Source of the DNA: Candidatus Bathyarchaeota archaeon | GTDB taxonomy: Archaea; Thermoproteota; Bathyarchaeia; Bathyarchaeales; Bathycorpusculaceae | Direction: 5' to 3' | NCBI GenBank assembly: GCA_963811105.1 | Contig: CAWEPZ010000013.1 | Location: forward strand, 64,001 to 128,000 | DNA length: 64,000 bases | In this document: positions 60,107 to 64,000 of the stretch, piece after piece | How the letters are laid out: every line of letters begins with the position of its first letter | Position numbering within the stretch: the first letter of the stretch is position 1 | Translations under genes and position numbers: made by a program | The notes under the pieces: model-generated | Told to the model about the DNA's origin: nothing | The model's database searches: none | What the model saw: only the letters and a program-made list of their open reading frames with translations

Positions 60107-60593
60107 ATTTTCTTCTCCTTACGATTTTACAATTGCAAAGCGATCGAATGTTTCACAAGTCAATATTTGAAGTGGTTTGTATTTATATTTTTTGAATGAA
60201 CTGAACAGACGAAATCGCCACGTTCTCTGTAATCACAGCATGATAAGTAAAATAGGACACCATTGAGAATTGAGTTAGAAAAAGAAGAGAATCAGATCGT
60301 ATATCCAACCCAAATAACCAGCGACTAAATCAAGCGAGATCTAACTGCAAAGATGTCGTCCGAGAAAAATCTAAAAAAACTATCTTTAACAACAATGATA
60401 ACGTAGAAATGGAAAAATAAAATTTCAACAAATAATCCATAGGGTTCCTCAGAGGATCCTGAAAATTGTTTTGGTTTTTCCTACCCCATTGTCCCAAATG
60501 GAACACAAATACTACAATTTGTGACATAAAAGTCGCAATACTTAAAAGATATCGACATTGACAGATACATTAATCAAAACAAGTGAAAGATAA

Positions 60594-60812
60594 ATGACAA
60601 ATCCTGCAAATTCAAAATTTCAGAATATTGAAAACAAACCAAAATGTCCAGACTGCGATTCAGAGCTAAGTATTCCCCTTGACGTAGAAAAAGGAGAAGT
60701 ACTAAGCTGCCCCGGTTGCGGACTTGAACTCGAGGTTAAAAAAACAACAGATGGAGGTGGATGCTTAGATCTTCAAGAGTTAACCATTGAAGGCGAAGAT
60801 TGGGGCGAATAA
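60594..60812 (+). CDS. lysW: LysW amino-group carrier protein
   Basis: CPDC...GEVLSCPGCGLELEV and C-terminal EDWGE. Confidence 0.88.
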   Translation: MTNPANSKFQNIENKPKCPDCDSELSIPLDVEKGEVLSCPGCGLELEVKKTTDGGGCLDLQELTIEGEDWGE

Positions 60813-60954
60813 TTATATTTGCCTAAATTTAACGTATTTTTTAATGTTTTTCTCATTTTTTATTTGAATTTTCAGTTTGAAAATGTCACTTTGAAAAAAA
60901 GTTCTTATTTAAGACAGGCTTTTCTGTTAGTGTTGATTGCGAGGTCTGCAATAA

Positions 60955-61125
60955 TTGACAGTTCTATGTCCCGTATGTGATTATGTTTTCTCTGATAAAG
61001 AAGATTTCTTAAAGCACTTTGCTGTGGGAGAGACAATTCAATGTCCTGTTTGTGAAACAGAGCTTGAATTAAATAAGGACTTGCAACTGGTAGAAGTGGA
61101 TTTAGAGAGTACAGATGACGAGTAA
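60955..61125 (+). CDS. LysW-like zinc-ribbon paralogue with non-canonical C-terminus
   Basis: MTVLCPVCDYVFSDKEDFLKHFAVGETIQCPVCETELELNKDLQLVEVDLESTDDE; GAGGT RBS and TTG start; not in the ORF track. Confidence 0.7.
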   Translation: MTVLCPVCDYVFSDKEDFLKHFAVGETIQCPVCETELELNKDLQLVEVDLESTDDE

Positions 61126-61262
61126 CATCGTTATTAGAACGTTTATAATCTGTACGGAAAAGATTAGTTTTAATTCAACTCAAAAAGTGCTTGTAACGTT
61201 TGTCTACAAAAATTGTTTATAAAGTAAATTCAGTTATGAAAATTCAATATGTTCTAAAGAAA

Positions 61263-61620
61263 ATGCTAGATTATGAGTCCACCATTGAGGATATTAAGAA
61301 AAACATAGGTGTTGTGCTTGATAGTCTAAGCCCATTTCACAAGACGTGTCCTTCATGAATGGTCGGAAATGAAAAAAATATTCGTTCTTAAAAACAAAGA
61401 TGCCCGCAAAACACTGGGAACTTATGGGTTTAGCTGTTGCAGCCACCATCAAATGTCCATACCGCACGCCGTCAAAATGAACGAAGCTACTGACGACGAA
61501 ATCGCCGAAACTGCATTTCTTGCCAGTTTTACGACAGGTTGAGCGAAATGATGCATGCAACAAGTATTGATTTAGAAACATTCAAGATGCAATTTTCTGA
61601 AGCAGAAGCATTTCTATAAA
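61263..61620 (+). pseudogene. Carboxymuconolactone decarboxylase/AhpD-family remnant
   Basis: MLDYESTIEDIKKNIGVV / HEWSEMKK...PAKHWELMGLAVAATIKCPY in broken frames. Confidence 0.6.
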
Positions 61621-61817
61621 AGAAAAATAGTTTGCCAAGAATAGTCAAACCTTCCACTTTTCTTTCCAAAGTTCAAGCCTAATTGAGAGAGAAAAAGATT
61701 TTTGACAATTCTGGATTAATTTGTGTGATGGCACAGAGGGGTTTGGGATTAAATCTTATTCATCCAAGACGGGCTACATTGTCGACAGTCCGATACAGCT
61801 TGTAACCTCTGTTTAGT

Positions 61818-62024
61818 TTATGTGGAAACTACAACGAGTTTTACTTGAATGTCCCTAGATTCTAGGGCTTTCTGCACAATGCGCTTGTACTTTAGCTGCA
61901 ACATTTCATAGTCATCGATATCAGGATCTTTGACTCTAAGCTTAACAAATAAGAACAGACTTCTTTCTCGTACTCCAATCTGTGATTTAATATCGTTTAA
62001 GTCAATTGGTTTATTTTCTGCCAA
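61818..62024 (-). CDS. Hypothetical protein
   Basis: 68-aa ORF with GGTGA RBS. Confidence 0.5.
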   Translation of the reverse strand: MAENKPIDLNDIKSQIGVRERSLFLFVKLRVKDPDIDDYEMLQLKYKRIVQKALESRDIQVKLVVVST

Positions 62025-62487
62025 ACTATATCACCGTCCTATACAAGAATTCTGGTATCTATTGGGTTTAGGCTTTCTACTTATAACTTTTGGCACTATC
62101 AACTGCTCCAATATTTTGGAAAGAAAAAGGCACACAGAACCCAAATTATCAGACCATCACAAATTTATCTAAGAAAAAGCAGAATCCGCTAGAACTGAAG
62201 GATCAGCTTAGCCTAAAGATGTGCTGTTACTCCAACGGATAGTGCCATTCCTATTTCTAAGGCATTTACTTTCTGACCTGCCATATGACGGTTAATAGAT
62301 TCTAGACCGAGTATTCATTGTAACTTTGAGACCTAGGCGCACTTGGAATTCAATCACTTTCTAGGAGGATCCAATTATGATAGATTTTAAATACAGCGAG
62401 CAATATCAAGATTAATTAGGAGTTACTCGTGCAAAAGAAGTACCTTTCGAGTGCTTTTCTGTTTTTTGCGATAGGAGGTGGACCTTA

Positions 62488-62856
62488 TTGAGTAGAAAAG
62501 GAGTGATCGCTTTCGCACTTTTAGGCTTAGTTATTGGATTAATTATAGGATATTCGATATCTATCGTAGTACCATTTCAATTGGCTGGTCAGAAACCATC
62601 TATCTCGTTGAATTCAAATGAAGTCAAGGCAGGCGGGCAATATACTGCCACGCTTACTGGTTTTCCGGCTAATACCGAAATATACGGCTGGACAGTAAAT
62701 CAGAATGTGTCTCAATGTTTTACTGCTGGAACTACTGACGCAAACGGCAAACTTGTAGTATCATCAAGTGCGCCTCAAACAGTGGGAACATTGCCCTTAG
62801 TTGCGTGCGACAAATCAGAAACTATCTGGGTGGCTACATATTTAACAGTGACCTAA
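62488..62856 (+). CDS. N-terminally anchored Ig-like protein
   Basis: GGAGGTG RBS; TM helix then beta-rich domain (TGFPANT, TTDANG). Confidence 0.7.
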   Translation: MSRKGVIAFALLGLVIGLIIGYSISIVVPFQLAGQKPSISLNSNEVKAGGQYTATLTGFPANTEIYGWTVNQNVSQCFTAGTTDANGKLVVSSSAPQTVGTLPLVACDKSETIWVATYLTVT

Positions 62857-63154
62857 GTACAAGAAAGGTCAATGCACTGATCTGGACTCTCAGAAAGCCT
62901 TTCTTTATAATAGGACAATGAAAGGAAAGCAGTCTGAAGTCTTTTTCTTTTACACACTTTTCTTGAATTTAAGCTCATGCAAGTAAGCCATAAAAAAAAT
63001 TAGATTTTGATTCAATACCTACTATCATTCGGTTAAAAATTGTTTTTCTTTGAGAAAGAAAAAGAGCGTAAAAAAGTCTACGTTCTATTTTTGGGCCACC
63101 TTCAACGCACGGAATAAGGGTCACTGTAGAAAATTAATCAGTAATTTGTTTAGA

Positions 63155-63700
63155 TTAGGTAGCCTTACCGTCTTTGCAGAAGTAGAGTGTAGGTTTGGCT
63201 TTCATCAGATTATAATCTTTGAAGACTTGGCATCCGTTGCAAATGCACATTTTGCTGAAATCAAGATCTTTACATATTGCAGTACCGTTGGCACAATAGG
63301 GTCCAGGCATGTCTTCTGTTTTAGGCTGCATCATCGCAATCTGCTCTTTTGGCATATTCTTCATCATTTCGTCACTCATTTTCTTCATATCTTCCCGACT
63401 CATGCTCAACATTTGTTCTATGCCCATATTTTTTACTATTTCGGCGTTCTTAATCATTCCTTCGTTCTTCATTATGTCGGGGATCATGTTTTTCATTTCT
63501 TCAGGGCTCAAGTGTTTCATCATTTCGGGGTCCATGTTCTTTGCCATTTCAGAATTTCTTACCATCTCCAATCTGGTTGCTATTTTGGGTTTAGCGCATT
63601 CACTATTTGCTTGAACTGGGCATGATACGCACTTGCATTTCATCATTACATCAAAGGTTAACGGAACATTAATTGCTCGTTTGTGACCTAAAAAATCCAA
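63155..63700 (-). CDS. DUF2769-like Cys-rich protein with Met-rich insertion
   Basis: CKCVSCPVQ..S.C; YCANG..C...CICNGCQVF..Y.L...YFC; TTG start after GGAGG. Confidence 0.7.
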   Translation of the reverse strand: MDFLGHKRAINVPLTFDVMMKCKCVSCPVQANSECAKPKIATRLEMVRNSEMAKNMDPEMMKHLSPEEMKNMIPDIMKNEGMIKNAEIVKNMGIEQMLSMSREDMKKMSDEMMKNMPKEQIAMMQPKTEDMPGPYCANGTAICKDLDFSKMCICNGCQVFKDYNLMKAKPTLYFCKDGKAT

Positions 63701-64000
63701 AAGTATACCTCCAAAAAAATCTAATTTAGTTAAAGACATAACGGCCAATTAAACTTTACTTCAGAACAAATTATTTTCAACATATTAATCGCCCATTTTA
63801 ACAATGAATATCTAATCATATCCGTTTCTCCAGACGTAAATCACTTAAAGCAAGCTTTGCCGTCAACTCGTACTCCCCATTATGAGAGTGTTACCTTAAT
63901 CAGTAAGTGAGCCACAAAAGCAAAAAACAAGCAAGCATACAACTCTGAAAATCTTATTATATTAACAGCTTTGAATCTAAAAAAAGGTGGAGACTATAGA

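Noticed and set aside
63050-63625. 191-aa His/Phe-rich + strand ORF
   Set aside because: His richness is the reverse complement (CAT) of the Met codons of the DUF2769-like gene

Overview
Archaeal chromosomal window, most consistent with Bathyarchaeia (TACK). This is an inference from the cdvA/B/C ESCRT operon, class III signal-peptide pilins, TackOD1/NitrOD5-like signalling proteins, a PQQ-like propeller surface protein and GAGG(T)-type RBS with frequent TTG/GTG starts. Main blocks: (1) pyrK-pyrD; (2) a ~7.4 kb C1-pterin cluster mixing archaeal genes (mptA, two mptG-like RFA-P synthases, a DUF1464 kinase-fold protein, an MJ0107-type DHPS-like protein, DUF447) with bacterial-type folB/folK and queD; (3) a LipS2-type radical SAM gene and a DRE-TIM synthase with an altered active-site motif; (4) a membrane-anchored multicopper oxidase; (5) a cdvB1-cdvA-cdvB-cdvC division operon in which cdvC carries a 1-nt frameshift; (6) an accessory region of small ORFs, gene remnants, an aldo/keto reductase, a REC-multi-PAS histidine kinase, a class II aldolase and an MgtA with an extra C-terminal domain; (7) a type IV pilus locus (major and minor pilins, a giant frameshifted Ig-repeat pilin-adhesin, ATPase, two TadB/C proteins) ending in a TackOD1-like gene that faces a NitrOD5-like/REC pair; (8) canonical LysW followed by an unannotated LysW-like paralogue, and a Met-rich DUF2769 protein. 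No rRNA, tRNA, CRISPR array or intact transposase was seen. Several frameshifts may be assembly indel errors. All family assignments come from motif recognition by eye, not from database searches.
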